Assembly: GCA_017517275.1 (NCBI GenBank)
Contig: JAFWZX010000038.1
Coordinates: 388-64,387 of the forward strand
Source of the DNA: Clostridia bacterium
Lineage (GTDB): Bacteria > Bacillota > Clostridia > UBA1212 > UBA1255
Reading direction: 5' to 3'
Length of the DNA: 64,000 nucleotides
Made by a program: the position numbers and the translations under genes. The notes below the pieces were generated by a model, which was given only the letters and a program-made list of their open reading frames with translations, searched no databases and was not told the DNA's origin. Numbering within the stretch: position 1 is the first letter of the stretch; each line of letters begins with the position of its first letter. This document shows positions 56,602-64,000 of this stretch, piece after piece.

Positions 56602-57456
56602 TTATACTCGCAAACTCGATTTGTGCAACAAGAAATTTGCAATTGTCGCAAACTCCTCTGGAGATAATACTTCTCCGCGTACAAGTTCATTACGATTGAT
56701 TGATGCCAGGGCCTCGCGCACATCTTCGCGGGTAATTCCAAGATATCCGGCATTAGTCAGGGAATTAACAAGCATTTTTCTGCGTTGACAAAAAGAAGCC
56801 TTGATTATTTTGAAGAAATACTCCTTATTTTCAAGTTCATACGGCGGATTTTCACGAATGAGGAGCCTTACTACGCAGGAGTCTACGTTAGGTTGCGGAT
56901 TAAAACAATGAGGAGGCACGGTAAAAAGCATCTTACCTTCTGCAAAAAAACCTACCGAAACGCTGAGAGCACCATATTCTTTACCTCCGGGTGTTGCTGT
57001 CATACGCTGCCCTACTTCTTTTTGAACCATAAAAGTCATAGAATGAAGGTAAGGCACGTCACCCTCCAGGAAGGCCATAATAATAGGTGTTGTTATATAA
57101 TATGGGAGATTTGAAATAATTTTCACTCTCTGCAACTGTGGATTTGCCGCAAATTGTTCTTCAATAAGATTCCTTATGTTGACCTTCAGAATGTCGTCGT
57201 ATACAACCTTAATATTACCGTGAATTGTCTCAAGGACAGACAGCACAGGTTGCAGACGTTCGTCTATCTCTACAGCAAGAACAAGTCCTGCATACGTTGC
57301 TAATTCTCCTGTCATAGCGCCCATTCCGGGACCGACCTCAATTACCATATCTTCTTGAGTAAGGTCTGCTGATTCTACAATATGCCTGACAATATTCATG
57401 TCATTCAGAAAGTTCTGGCCAAGGCTTTTTATCGGTTTGATTGTGCTGTTTTTCAT
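56602..57456 (-). CDS. rsmA: 16S rRNA (adenine1518/1519-N6)-dimethyltransferase
   Basis: It carries KSLGQNFL, EVGPGMGAMT and SNLPYYITTPI. The start is placed at MKNSTIK (57456). Confidence 0.9.
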   Translation of the reverse strand: MKNSTIKPIKSLGQNFLNDMNIVRHIVESADLTQEDMVIEVGPGMGAMTGELATYAGLVLAVEIDERLQPVLSVLETIHGNIKVVYDDILKVNIRNLIEEQFAANPQLQRVKIISNLPYYITTPIIMAFLEGDVPYLHSMTFMVQKEVGQRMTATPGGKEYGALSVSVGFFAEGKMLFTVPPHCFNPQPNVDSCVVRLLIRENPPYELENKEYFFKIIKASFCQRRKMLVNSLTNAGYLGITREDVREALASINRNELVRGEVLSPEEFATIANFLLHKSSLRV

Positions 57457-57495
57457 ATATATATTCCTGCTTCGTAAAAAAATCAAATCTTTTCA

Positions 57496-57524
57496 ATTTT
57501 ATACAAAGGCAGAGTAAGTGTCAA
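57496..57524 (-). promoter_or_regulatory. putative sigma-A promoter for rsmA
   Basis: In the minus sense it reads TTGACA - 17 nt - TAAAAT, about 40 nt upstream of the rsmA ATG. Confidence 0.45.
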
Positions 57525-57620
57525 ATAGTATTATATTAGAGGATTTGGTGTCTGATAAATAACGGGTGTGATTATTAATATTTGAATTTGAGCCCAGTAA
57601 GAAACTGTCTGCTGTGTTAT

Positions 57621-58400
57621 TTATGGCATTTCAAAAAATCTTTTCGCATTTTCCGTTGTCATATCGCATACGTATTCGTACGACAAATCTAAGATATCTG
57701 CAATTTTTCTGATTGTATAGACAGTCTTACCCGAATCATTTCTCGTTCCGCGAAATGGTTCAGGTGTAAGATACGGACAGTCCGTCTCTATCAAAATGCG
57801 TTCTCGCGGCATAACTTTGACCGCTTCTACTAATTTCCTTGCATTTTTGAAGGTTACAACTCCTCCAACAGAAAAGCAACAATTCATACTTACATATTCT
57901 GCAACAGACTCACTACTGCCTGAATAGCAATGAATCAAAGCGCCGCGCTTTGCATCAAGATGTTCTTTGAGTATAGTCATTGTATCAAGATGAGCATCTC
58001 TGTTGTGAACGATAACAGGTTTTGACAGTTCAGAGGCCAGTGCAAGATGTTTTACAAAATTCGTTTTTTGCGCTGCAATCTGTTCTTCTGAATAATCATA
58101 ATGATAGTCTAGACCGGTCTCCCCTATTCCAAGAATCTTCCTGTTATTTCCGCCGGTGAAAAGCTTCCTTATTCTATCAATTTCAGTATCGTTTGATTCT
58201 AAAGCATATTCAGGATGAATGCCCACGGTAACAAACATATTGCTGTATTTGTTCGCAAGCATAACAGCATCATCAATATCACCCGGACAAGTTGCTGAGT
58301 TGATTACGTATATGTCATCATCCAGAAACGACTTCATCAGACTATCTAAATCCTCATCGTATCTATCATCATTATAATGTGCGTGTACGTCTATAATCAT
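57621..58400 (-). CDS. tatD: TatD-family metal-dependent hydrolase
   Basis: It carries MIIDVHAHY, GETGLDYHY and a C-terminal ETDCPYLTP. The start overlaps the upstream stop by 4 nt (ATGA). Confidence 0.9.
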   Translation of the reverse strand: MIIDVHAHYNDDRYDEDLDSLMKSFLDDDIYVINSATCPGDIDDAVMLANKYSNMFVTVGIHPEYALESNDTEIDRIRKLFTGGNNRKILGIGETGLDYHYDYSEEQIAAQKTNFVKHLALASELSKPVIVHNRDAHLDTMTILKEHLDAKRGALIHCYSGSSESVAEYVSMNCCFSVGGVVTFKNARKLVEAVKVMPRERILIETDCPYLTPEPFRGTRNDSGKTVYTIRKIADILDLSYEYVCDMTTENAKRFFEMP

Positions 58401-60130
58401 GCAGTTTCAATACCTGCCGCTTCATGTAAATTAAGGGCGTCAATAGCCGCCTCGCGCATTTTATACTTCTGAATCTTTCCGCTTGCTGTCATCGGGAATT
58501 TATCCATAAACCAAATGTAACGGGGCATCTTATGGCGTGACAGGTTAACTCTGATATATTCCTTCATTTCCTCTTCTGTACATACTTCATTCTCTTTGAG
58601 AATAACACACGCGCATACCTCTTCGCCGTAATTCTTATCCGGAACGCCGATTACCTGGACGTCTTTTACCTGCGGGTGTGTGTAGAGGAATTCTTCCAAC
58701 TCTTTCGGATAAATATTTTCACCGCCGCGAATAATCATATCCTTGATACGTCCCGTAATTTTAAAATATCCGTCTTTATCTATTGTAGCAAGGTCACCTG
58801 AATGGAGCCAGCCTTCGCTGTCGATAACAAGACTTGTTGCTTCAGGCATGTTGTAGTAGCCTTTCATAACTGAGTACCCTCTTATTACCACCTCGCCTGG
58901 AGTGCCGCATGGAACATCCTCATAAGTCTCAGGATCAACTACTTTTACTTCAATGAAAGGCATTTTGCGGCCTACCGTGGATACTCTCTTGTCAATAGAA
59001 TCATAAATATTTGTCATAGTACAAACAGGAGATGCTTCTGTCAAACCGTACGGTATTGTAATTTCAGTCATATGCATAAGATCTACGACTTTTTTCATTA
59101 TTTCAATAGGACAAGGAGATCCTGACATGATGCCTGTACGGAGAGTTGTGAAATCATATTTAAAGAAATCCGGATGTTCCAGCATCGCAATGTACATAGT
59201 GGGCACACCGTACGTAGCCGTACATCTTTCTTTCTGAATTGTCTGCATAACTCTTACAGGGTTATATCTTTCAACGGGAACAATTGTAGAACCGTGGGTA
59301 ATACATGCCATTATACCAAGTACACATCCAAAGCAATGGAAGAATGGCACCGGCAGGCAAACTCTGTCTTGAGGGGTAAGAGTCTGGTTATCGCCTATAT
59401 TTTTACCATTGTTTAAGATGTTGTAATGTGTAAGCATTACGCCCTTCGGGAAGCCGGTGGTTCCTGACGTATACTGCATATTAACAACGTCATAAGGACT
59501 TACAGAGGCCTTAACCTCATTGAAATATTCCATCGATATCTCTTCAGCCTTTGCGCTGATATCTGACCAGTGATACATACCTTTGGGTGTCTTTTCCTTT
59601 TCATCAAGATAGATTATCCTCTTGAGTACGGGAAGCGACGGACTTAAGAGGTTACCGGGCCGGCTGTCTTTGAGTTCCGGACAGAGTTCATTTATTATTT
59701 GTACGTAGTTTGTATCTTTAAGACCTTCCATAAGGATAAGCGTATCTGTATCTGATTGCTTTAATAAGTATTCTGCTTCAAATATTTTATAGTTCGTATT
59801 GACCGTTACAAGTGTAGCTCCGATTTTTGCAGATGCGAACATCGTAACAATCCATTGGGGATAATTCGTAGCCCAGATTGCAACGTGAGAGCCTCTCTTA
59901 ACACCCATTGCCAGCAAGCCTCTTGCTACTTTCTCACATTCCTCGTTGAATTCTCTATAAGTCATTCTAAAGCAATTATTCTTCTGAGATGCAGGCGAAC
60001 TGACTTCATTAAAAAGAACAGCCTCGTTGTCCGGATATACTTCAGCTACTCTGTTGAGTAAATTGCCCAAAGTCATCGTTATGAGAGAATCTTTGCCTTC
60101 TCCGAATAATTTGTAAGTTTCCATTTCCAT
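58397..60130 (-). CDS. AMP-forming acyl-CoA synthetase-like adenylating enzyme (ANL superfamily, FadD/YngI-like)
   Basis: It has the AMP-binding core YTSGTTGFPKGVMLTH. It also carries YGLTEASP, GWLHSGDLATIDKDGYFKITGRIKDMIIRGGENIYP and a C-terminal SGKIQK. The product is 577 aa. Confidence 0.85.
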   Translation of the reverse strand: MEMETYKLFGEGKDSLITMTLGNLLNRVAEVYPDNEAVLFNEVSSPASQKNNCFRMTYREFNEECEKVARGLLAMGVKRGSHVAIWATNYPQWIVTMFASAKIGATLVTVNTNYKIFEAEYLLKQSDTDTLILMEGLKDTNYVQIINELCPELKDSRPGNLLSPSLPVLKRIIYLDEKEKTPKGMYHWSDISAKAEEISMEYFNEVKASVSPYDVVNMQYTSGTTGFPKGVMLTHYNILNNGKNIGDNQTLTPQDRVCLPVPFFHCFGCVLGIMACITHGSTIVPVERYNPVRVMQTIQKERCTATYGVPTMYIAMLEHPDFFKYDFTTLRTGIMSGSPCPIEIMKKVVDLMHMTEITIPYGLTEASPVCTMTNIYDSIDKRVSTVGRKMPFIEVKVVDPETYEDVPCGTPGEVVIRGYSVMKGYYNMPEATSLVIDSEGWLHSGDLATIDKDGYFKITGRIKDMIIRGGENIYPKELEEFLYTHPQVKDVQVIGVPDKNYGEEVCACVILKENEVCTEEEMKEYIRVNLSRHKMPRYIWFMDKFPMTASGKIQKYKMREAAIDALNLHEAAGIETA

Positions 60131-60233
60131 TTCTGATACACTCCTTTTGGTTCGTACTTTTGCGGCAAATAAAAAATCGCCTTAATTCAATAATCATAAG
60201 ATTATATGAATAGAGACGAAAATGTTATCATAT

Positions 60234-60450
60234 CCGCGGTACCACTCTAATTAACAGACTCCGTTTGGCTGTGTGCCTCCCATTTATCCGTTCCCTCAAA
60301 GTGCAGTTAACGCCTGCCCATACGTCTTTGGTTACTGTGCTTCGCCAAAGCTGCTCCGGAACGAGTTCACATGAATCTAATGCATATCCCGTCTCACCAT
60401 CCCGGGACTCTCTGAAACGCCGACACCAGCTACTACTTTCCTTCATCGCA
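60234..60450 (-). promoter_or_regulatory. T-box riboswitch leader (tRNA-sensing) upstream of the acyl-CoA-synthetase-like gene
   Basis: In the minus sense, Stem I starts with UGCGAUGA (GA/K-turn), followed by an AGUAGUA box. An AGAGAG bulge and a distal hairpin UCCCG-GGAUGGUGAGA-CGGGA (GGUGNRA-type loop) follow. An F-box-like GCGUUA and the near-consensus T-box sequence AAUUAGAGUGGUACCGCGG (60234-60252) complete the set. The specifier codon and expression platform could not be assigned by eye. Confidence 0.85.
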
Positions 60451-60473
60451 TTTATCAATATTAAATTGGATGA

Positions 60474-60502
60474 AGTATACACTGTGCAAAAACTCATGTC
60501 AA
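60474..60502 (-). promoter_or_regulatory. sigma-A promoter driving the T-box leader
   Basis: In the minus sense it reads TTGACA (60497-60502) - 17 nt - TATACT (60474-60479). This places the TSS ~15-20 nt upstream of the Stem I start. Confidence 0.7.
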
Positions 60503-60577
60503 GACAAAACTATCAGATTCTTGAAAAAAAACATGCTTAATGTTAATATTATAAAAGAGTTCAATAGGAGGTGTAAT

Positions 60578-61522
60578 ATGTCTTCGAAAAACAGTAAGAA
60601 AATTAAAGACAGTTATCTATGGTTAATTCCTGCAGGTACGTTAACTGCAATGATTATTGCCTGTTGCGTTGCCATCGTCATGCTTATAAACACCGGTCTT
60701 CCGGGATTATTTTCACAGATTGATTTAGGAGTAACGATTTCTCAGGAATCTTTAGACAGCTTTGCGCAGAAAGCCAATATTGCAATAGACTCTTCAATAG
60801 CAGAAAAATCTTTGTCAACTCACAAATACATATGCCAAGGAGAAACTTTTCACGAAGAACTGCCTATATCAAGTGATGAATTTTCCTCTTTTATCGCATA
60901 TACCATGCCGGGAGATTTTCCAATAAAATCAACTCAGGTAAAGTTCAACGACGGAGGAGTTGAGATGTCCGCCAAAGTTAAACTTTCTGATTTTATAGAC
61001 ATGTTTGAAGAGGGAGACTCAGAATCCGGTTCCACGGATGACCCCACAGAACCTCTTAGGCCATTTGAGCCCGACGAGTTCCCCACACCTGAAAATCCTG
61101 AAAATTCAGGTTCGTTATTTAGTCCTGCCGCGATACGCACTATGGATTTATTTGAACCTACTCCGTCTGAGGGGGATAATGATTCTGAAGATGAAGACGA
61201 TGATGATTCCGGCGAAGAAGGTTTGAAGGAATTAATGCGCCGGCTTCCAAACACCGTAAACGTATACGTAAAAGGTACAGGTGTGATTGTGAATAACGAA
61301 ATAGCTGATTTACGCGTTGACGTGCTCAATCTTTCCGGTTTTAATCTGACAGACTTTGTAGACGAAGAAACGGCTTACGAATTGTCAAAAGCTATTATAA
61401 ACGGTATTCTCGACATAATGAATGAACAGTTAAATATCAATTTTGCATATGCAGTATTTACCGCAGATTCAATGGTTTTCACCGGTACAATGCCCGAATC
61501 GATTACAATGGTTGAGAAATAA
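60578..61522 (+). CDS. membrane-anchored protein with highly acidic low-complexity segment, unknown function
   Basis: An AGGAGG RBS lies 7 nt upstream of the ATG at 60578. There is one N-terminal TM helix (YLWLIPAGTLTAMIIACCVAIVMLI) and the acidic stretch SEGDNDSEDEDDDDSGEEG. The upstream part of the ORF-track frame (from 60470) overlaps the divergent promoter. Confidence 0.65.
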   Translation: MSSKNSKKIKDSYLWLIPAGTLTAMIIACCVAIVMLINTGLPGLFSQIDLGVTISQESLDSFAQKANIAIDSSIAEKSLSTHKYICQGETFHEELPISSDEFSSFIAYTMPGDFPIKSTQVKFNDGGVEMSAKVKLSDFIDMFEEGDSESGSTDDPTEPLRPFEPDEFPTPENPENSGSLFSPAAIRTMDLFEPTPSEGDNDSEDEDDDDSGEEGLKELMRRLPNTVNVYVKGTGVIVNNEIADLRVDVLNLSGFNLTDFVDEETAYELSKAIINGILDIMNEQLNINFAYAVFTADSMVFTGTMPESITMVEK

Positions 61523-61576
61523 AATTTATTGTGAAAAAAGAGCCCTTCGTTTAGGCCGGTGCTCGTAAAACAGTTA

Positions 61577-61614
61577 AATCCGACCTATGGTTTCGATCAT
61601 AGGTCGGATTTTTT
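61577..61614 (+). terminator. strong rho-independent terminator
   Basis: The stem is AATCCGACCTATG-gtttcgat-CATAGGTCGGATT (13-bp perfect), followed by TTTTT. Confidence 0.85.
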
Positions 61615-61635
61615 GCGATGTTATTGCTTATTTTC

Positions 61636-61830
61636 CTATTTTTCGTGATGGTAATGAGCATTGTTAGCGTGATAATAGTTACCGCTCGTCTTAACGGAAT
61701 CAAGCGCAAGCATACTTTCGGGGATCAGAGGAATGCCGTTTTCGCTCTTCTTCTCCTTCAAGAACCAACAGAACACAATACGTCCAATAAGTCTTACGGC
61801 AAACTCGGCATACTTAATGCTTTTTACGCC
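61636..61830 (-). pseudogene. remnant resembling the N-proximal helical region of an N6-adenine DNA methyltransferase (type IIG/BREX-like)
   Basis: A 64-codon minus-strand frame with no start codon reads ...KYAEFAVRLIGRIVFCWFLKEKKSENGIPLIPESMLAL.... The RxxFxxFLxEK(g)LIP pattern is what I associate with that family. It is bounded by stops on both sides. Confidence 0.35.
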
Positions 61831-61988
61831 TTAACAAACTTCTGGTTTGAGCTCTTAGGCTTGTCGGGCATAGTCATTTTCAGCTTGCCTTCAGCAACAA
61901 GCGGGCAAACGATCTGCGTCATTACATGGTTTTTAGATTTACCTACAAAAGCTACGATTTCTGCTCTTGTTCTGGGTACGGTTAAAAT
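61824..61988 (-). pseudogene. remnant: C-terminal winged-helix tail of a larger ATPase/regulator-type protein
   Basis: A minus-strand frame without a start reads ...RTRAEIVAFVGKSKNHVMTQIVCPLVAEGKLKMTMPDKPKSSNQKFVKA*. The ending (L..G.L..t.PDKP.S..QKy) resembles the C-termini of AlbA_2/HATPase-type or Fic-associated wHTH proteins. It sits directly after a terminator. Confidence 0.3.
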
Positions 61989-62000
61989 TCAAGTTTGAAC

Positions 62001-62048
62001 GAAAAAAAATCAGAATTAACGATTTCGTTCATTCTAATCGTTAATTCT
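62001..62048 (-). terminator. rho-independent terminator after the AAA ATPase gene
   Basis: In the minus sense it reads AGAATTAACGATT-agaatgaacga-AATCGTTAATTCT (13-bp perfect stem) followed by GATTTTTTTT. Confidence 0.85.
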
Positions 62049-62086
62049 CAATTCATTCTTTGCACTTTTGATATGTGCGGTTGTTG

Positions 62087-63406
62087 TCAGAGCGCAGTCA
62101 GCAAAAATGCCATATAGTGCGGCAAGGTCAGCACCTGGTCATTTCGTCCTACGTTGTAATCTCCTAATTTAATAGCACTGTTGACATGATACTTCTCAGG
62201 ATGCGCCAAAATTGTTTTTGTACTCTTGATGTTTCCGCTTGCCGCCTTTACTTCCACAAGCGTGCATTCACCCTTATAGCGGATCACGAAATCCACTTCC
62301 AGTCCGGAGTCCTTATGAAAGTAATATATCTTGCGGCCCATCTTGGCAAAAATATCGGCAATCAGATTTTCAAAGACAGCACCCTTGTATCTGTAAAGAT
62401 TTCCCTGGAGAATATCGTATTGGGTACCATCTTCCAGCATACTGACAAACAAACCCATATCCCGCATATAGACCTTGAATACACCTTCTTCTGCATTGCC
62501 GTCCAACGGCAGCTCGGTGATGGAAAGATTATAGCAACGGGAGATAATTCCTGCGTCCTCCACCCATTGCAGACTTCCTGCGAATTTCGAAGCAGTCGAA
62601 CCTTTTTTTACAACGGAATACTGGAACTTCTTGTTCTCCTTTGCAAGCTGGCGAGGGATAGATTGGAAACAAGCCTTGATATGGGGCTTATCCTTTTTCT
62701 CAGCGTGCTTAACCATATCGTCCTCATAGGAGCGGACAATATCTCTTTGGATGCGCAGTACCTCGTCCATTTGCTTTGTGTTTACAAAAGTCTGAACCGC
62801 ATCGGGCATACCACCTACAACTGCATACTGCAACAAAAGCTGGCACATACGGTTATGGAGGGCTTCGGGTACCGGTGTTTCATTATCCAGACACTTTTTC
62901 AGCACATTGATGACCGTAGCATCAATGCCATTTGCCCACAAGAATTCTTCAAAATCAAGGGGATACATATCAATAACGGTTTCCGATCCCACAGGAACAG
63001 ATTTTGGGTCCTTGCCATAGCCTTTTACACCAAGCAAAGAGCCGGTGCCGATTACATCGTACCGTCCGTCAATACGGAAGAATTTCAGTGCCGTTCGTGC
63101 CTCTGGGCAATCCTGTATCTCATCCAAAACAAGTACGGTTTCTCTCGCTTCAAATACAGCTTCCTTGCCAAGCAAGGCAGACAACAGCATAACGAGGTTA
63201 TCGATCTCCAGGGATCCGGAAAACACCGAAGCATAGTCCGGGTTCTCAAAGAAATTCAAATACACAACGTTCTTATAGTTCTTGCGTGCAAAGTCCAAAA
63301 CGGAAAAGGTTTTGCCACACTGCCTACAGCCCTTGATAATAAGAGGCTTGTGGTCAGGTGTGTTTTTCCATTCGATCAATTTTGCTTCAATTTTCCGTTT
63401 CAGCAT
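62087..63406 (-). CDS. AAA_14 + DUF4143 family ATP-binding protein
   Basis: It reads MLKRKIEAKLIEWKNTPDHKPLIIKGCRQCGKTF (Walker A), with Walker B VLVLDEIQ. The C-terminal part is typical of DUF4143 proteins (EVDFVI...LVEVKA). An AGGAGGG RBS lies before the ATG at 63406. Confidence 0.8.
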   Translation of the reverse strand: MLKRKIEAKLIEWKNTPDHKPLIIKGCRQCGKTFSVLDFARKNYKNVVYLNFFENPDYASVFSGSLEIDNLVMLLSALLGKEAVFEARETVLVLDEIQDCPEARTALKFFRIDGRYDVIGTGSLLGVKGYGKDPKSVPVGSETVIDMYPLDFEEFLWANGIDATVINVLKKCLDNETPVPEALHNRMCQLLLQYAVVGGMPDAVQTFVNTKQMDEVLRIQRDIVRSYEDDMVKHAEKKDKPHIKACFQSIPRQLAKENKKFQYSVVKKGSTASKFAGSLQWVEDAGIISRCYNLSITELPLDGNAEEGVFKVYMRDMGLFVSMLEDGTQYDILQGNLYRYKGAVFENLIADIFAKMGRKIYYFHKDSGLEVDFVIRYKGECTLVEVKAASGNIKSTKTILAHPEKYHVNSAIKLGDYNVGRNDQVLTLPHYMAFLLTAL

Positions 63407-63455
63407 ATGTGATCCCTCCTGCGATTTTCTTGTTTGCATTTAGTATGCCACAAAC

Positions 63456-63504
63456 AATCAACTTTTTCAAGGGAGTTTTATAAAGTTTAATCAACTTTTT
63501 CAAG
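63456..63504. repeat. two direct copies of a 16-nt element (aatcaactttttcaag), 33 nt apart, in the ATPase upstream region
   Basis: The copies lie at 63456-63471 and 63489-63504. In the minus sense each reads CTTGAAAAAGTTGATT and supplies a TTGAAA -35-like hexamer. The proximal one is followed 17 nt later by TG-n-CATACT. Confidence 0.7.
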
Positions 63505-63509
63505 CGACT

Positions 63510-63584
63510 TTATTTGACAATACGCAACTTTTTTGTCATGCCGGTTTCCTCGGCAATTGCTGTAATTAAGTCTTTCTTGTTCAT
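63510..63584 (-). pseudogene. truncated HU-family DNA-binding protein gene (first ~19 codons only)
   Basis: An AAGGAG RBS precedes MNKKDLITAIAEETGMTKK, the canonical HU/IHF N-terminus. The frame then diverges (LRIVK*) and stops after 24 codons, versus ~90 aa for intact HU. Confidence 0.6.
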
Positions 63585-63604
63585 TGTTATCAATCTCCTT
63601 TGTT

Positions 63605-64000
63605 TTATTGGATAGTAAACTTCAGACTCCAGCTTTCGTGAACCGAATCGCCGGCAACCGAATAACTGTTGCTTGCATGTGCGACAACAGGCTCTCCACC
63701 GCTTACAACCGTAACGGTATGATGGTCAACGTACACTTCGGCTTTGACGGTGTCGCTTTCTTGTGTAACCGAGCGGATTTCAACTTTTATCTTATCTTCT
63801 ATGGGTAGAGGATACTCAGCGCCTTCTCTTAATTGATACTGTTCTTCGCCGCTGTCTTCGTCAAACCAAGTGCTTTCCTTGTCGTACTTATAGTCCCATT
63901 TCATAGCCAAGTAACGGTCATTCATAGGCTCGGCGGTAACCTGTTCCGCTTCCTCTGCTGTTAACCACCGGATGGTTGCTGTAAAGTTCTCATAGCCACT
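63605..64000 (-). CDS. hypothetical protein (partial, N-terminus beyond the window end)
   Basis: The minus-strand frame stays open from the window edge (SGYENFTATIRWLTAEEAEQVTAEP-MNDRYLAMKWDYKYD...) to the stop at 63605. I do not recognise a family for it. Confidence 0.5.
   Translation of the reverse strand, partial: SGYENFTATIRWLTAEEAEQVTAEPMNDRYLAMKWDYKYDKESTWFDEDSGEEQYQLREGAEYPLPIEDKIKVEIRSVTQESDTVKAEVYVDHHTVTVVSGGEPVVAHASNSYSVAGDSVHESWSLKFTIQ

Noticed and set aside
60131-60233. A canonical T-box terminator/antiterminator switch downstream of the T-box sequence.
   Set aside because: Only weak or interrupted pairings were found (GUAC-C-GCGG with CCGC-AAAA-GUAC over an ~80-nt loop; AGAG with CUCU), and no hairpin plus U-tract. 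I therefore do not annotate a terminator here and leave the expression platform open.
60228-60540. Overlapping 89-aa (minus) and 91-aa (plus) ORFs in a GC-richer intergenic block. This block was also considered as SRP RNA, RNase P RNA, tmRNA or 6S RNA.
   Set aside because: The minus-sense sequence contains the ordered T-box leader elements, including AAUUAGAGUGGUACCGCGG. The SRP domain IV motif, the RNase P P4 sequence and a tmRNA tag/CCA end were not found. The ORFs lack RBSs.
61618-61998. A 126-aa plus-strand ORF (MLLLIFLFFVMVMSIV...).
   Set aside because: It has no RBS and starts 4 nt after a terminator. Its hydrophobic, low-information translation contrasts with the opposite strand, which carries two recognisable protein-family fragments. 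It is treated as a spurious ORF over gene remnants.
62186-63412. A 408-aa ORF on the plus strand, one of the longest plus-strand ORFs in the track.
   Set aside because: It is exactly antisense to the AAA_14/DUF4143 ATPase gene. That gene has a clear Walker A/B, a good RBS and a recognisable family. The plus-strand translation is low-complexity (Leu, Ile, Phe, Cys and His rich) with no motifs, so it is most likely an artefact of the locally higher GC.

Overview
This window is a low-GC, Clostridia-type Firmicutes chromosomal segment. SleB, PrkC/Stp and RsgA point to a spore former. It is very gene-dense, and about 60 of 63 genes lie on the minus strand. Most of it is housekeeping: glmM, tyrS, alaS, rpe, rsgA-prkC-stp-rlmN-fmt-def-priA, murC, GTP-PEPCK, ksgA, tatD, tadA, mazG, a PiT/DUF47 pair and rubrerythrin. 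There is also a lot of cell-envelope content: three L,D-transpeptidase-fold proteins, an Amidase_3 fusion, a beta-lactamase-fold hydrolase, SleB, an M23 peptidase and a PrsA-like foldase. Four things stand out. (1) A ~12.4 kb, 12-gene operon at 17121-29499 runs mdh-fumC-hdrB-hdrC-hdrA-mvhD/flxD-flxC-flxB-flxA-frdB-like-frdA-like-AAE transporter. I read it as a candidate soluble, NAD(P)H-driven, ferredoxin-coupled (flavin-based electron-bifurcating) fumarate reductase embedded in a complete oxaloacetate-to-succinate-export route. (2) Tandem secreted paralogs at 3105-5439 share a strictly conserved C-terminal SGGCGSS + TM helix + KKRK module that looks like a sorting signal. They sit in a Pro/Thr-linker surface-protein cluster. 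(3) A well-formed T-box riboswitch with its own sigma-A promoter (60234-60502) lies in front of an acyl-CoA-synthetase-like adenylating enzyme rather than an aaRS or biosynthesis gene. (4) The last ~2.4 kb (from 61615) looks by eye like a GC-richer, decayed accessory patch. It holds an AAA_14/DUF4143 ATPase, a truncated HU gene and two gene remnants: a methyltransferase-like piece and a winged-helix C-terminal piece. No rRNA, tRNA, CRISPR array or intact transposase was seen. All calls rest on reading the translations and motifs by eye; no database search was possible.
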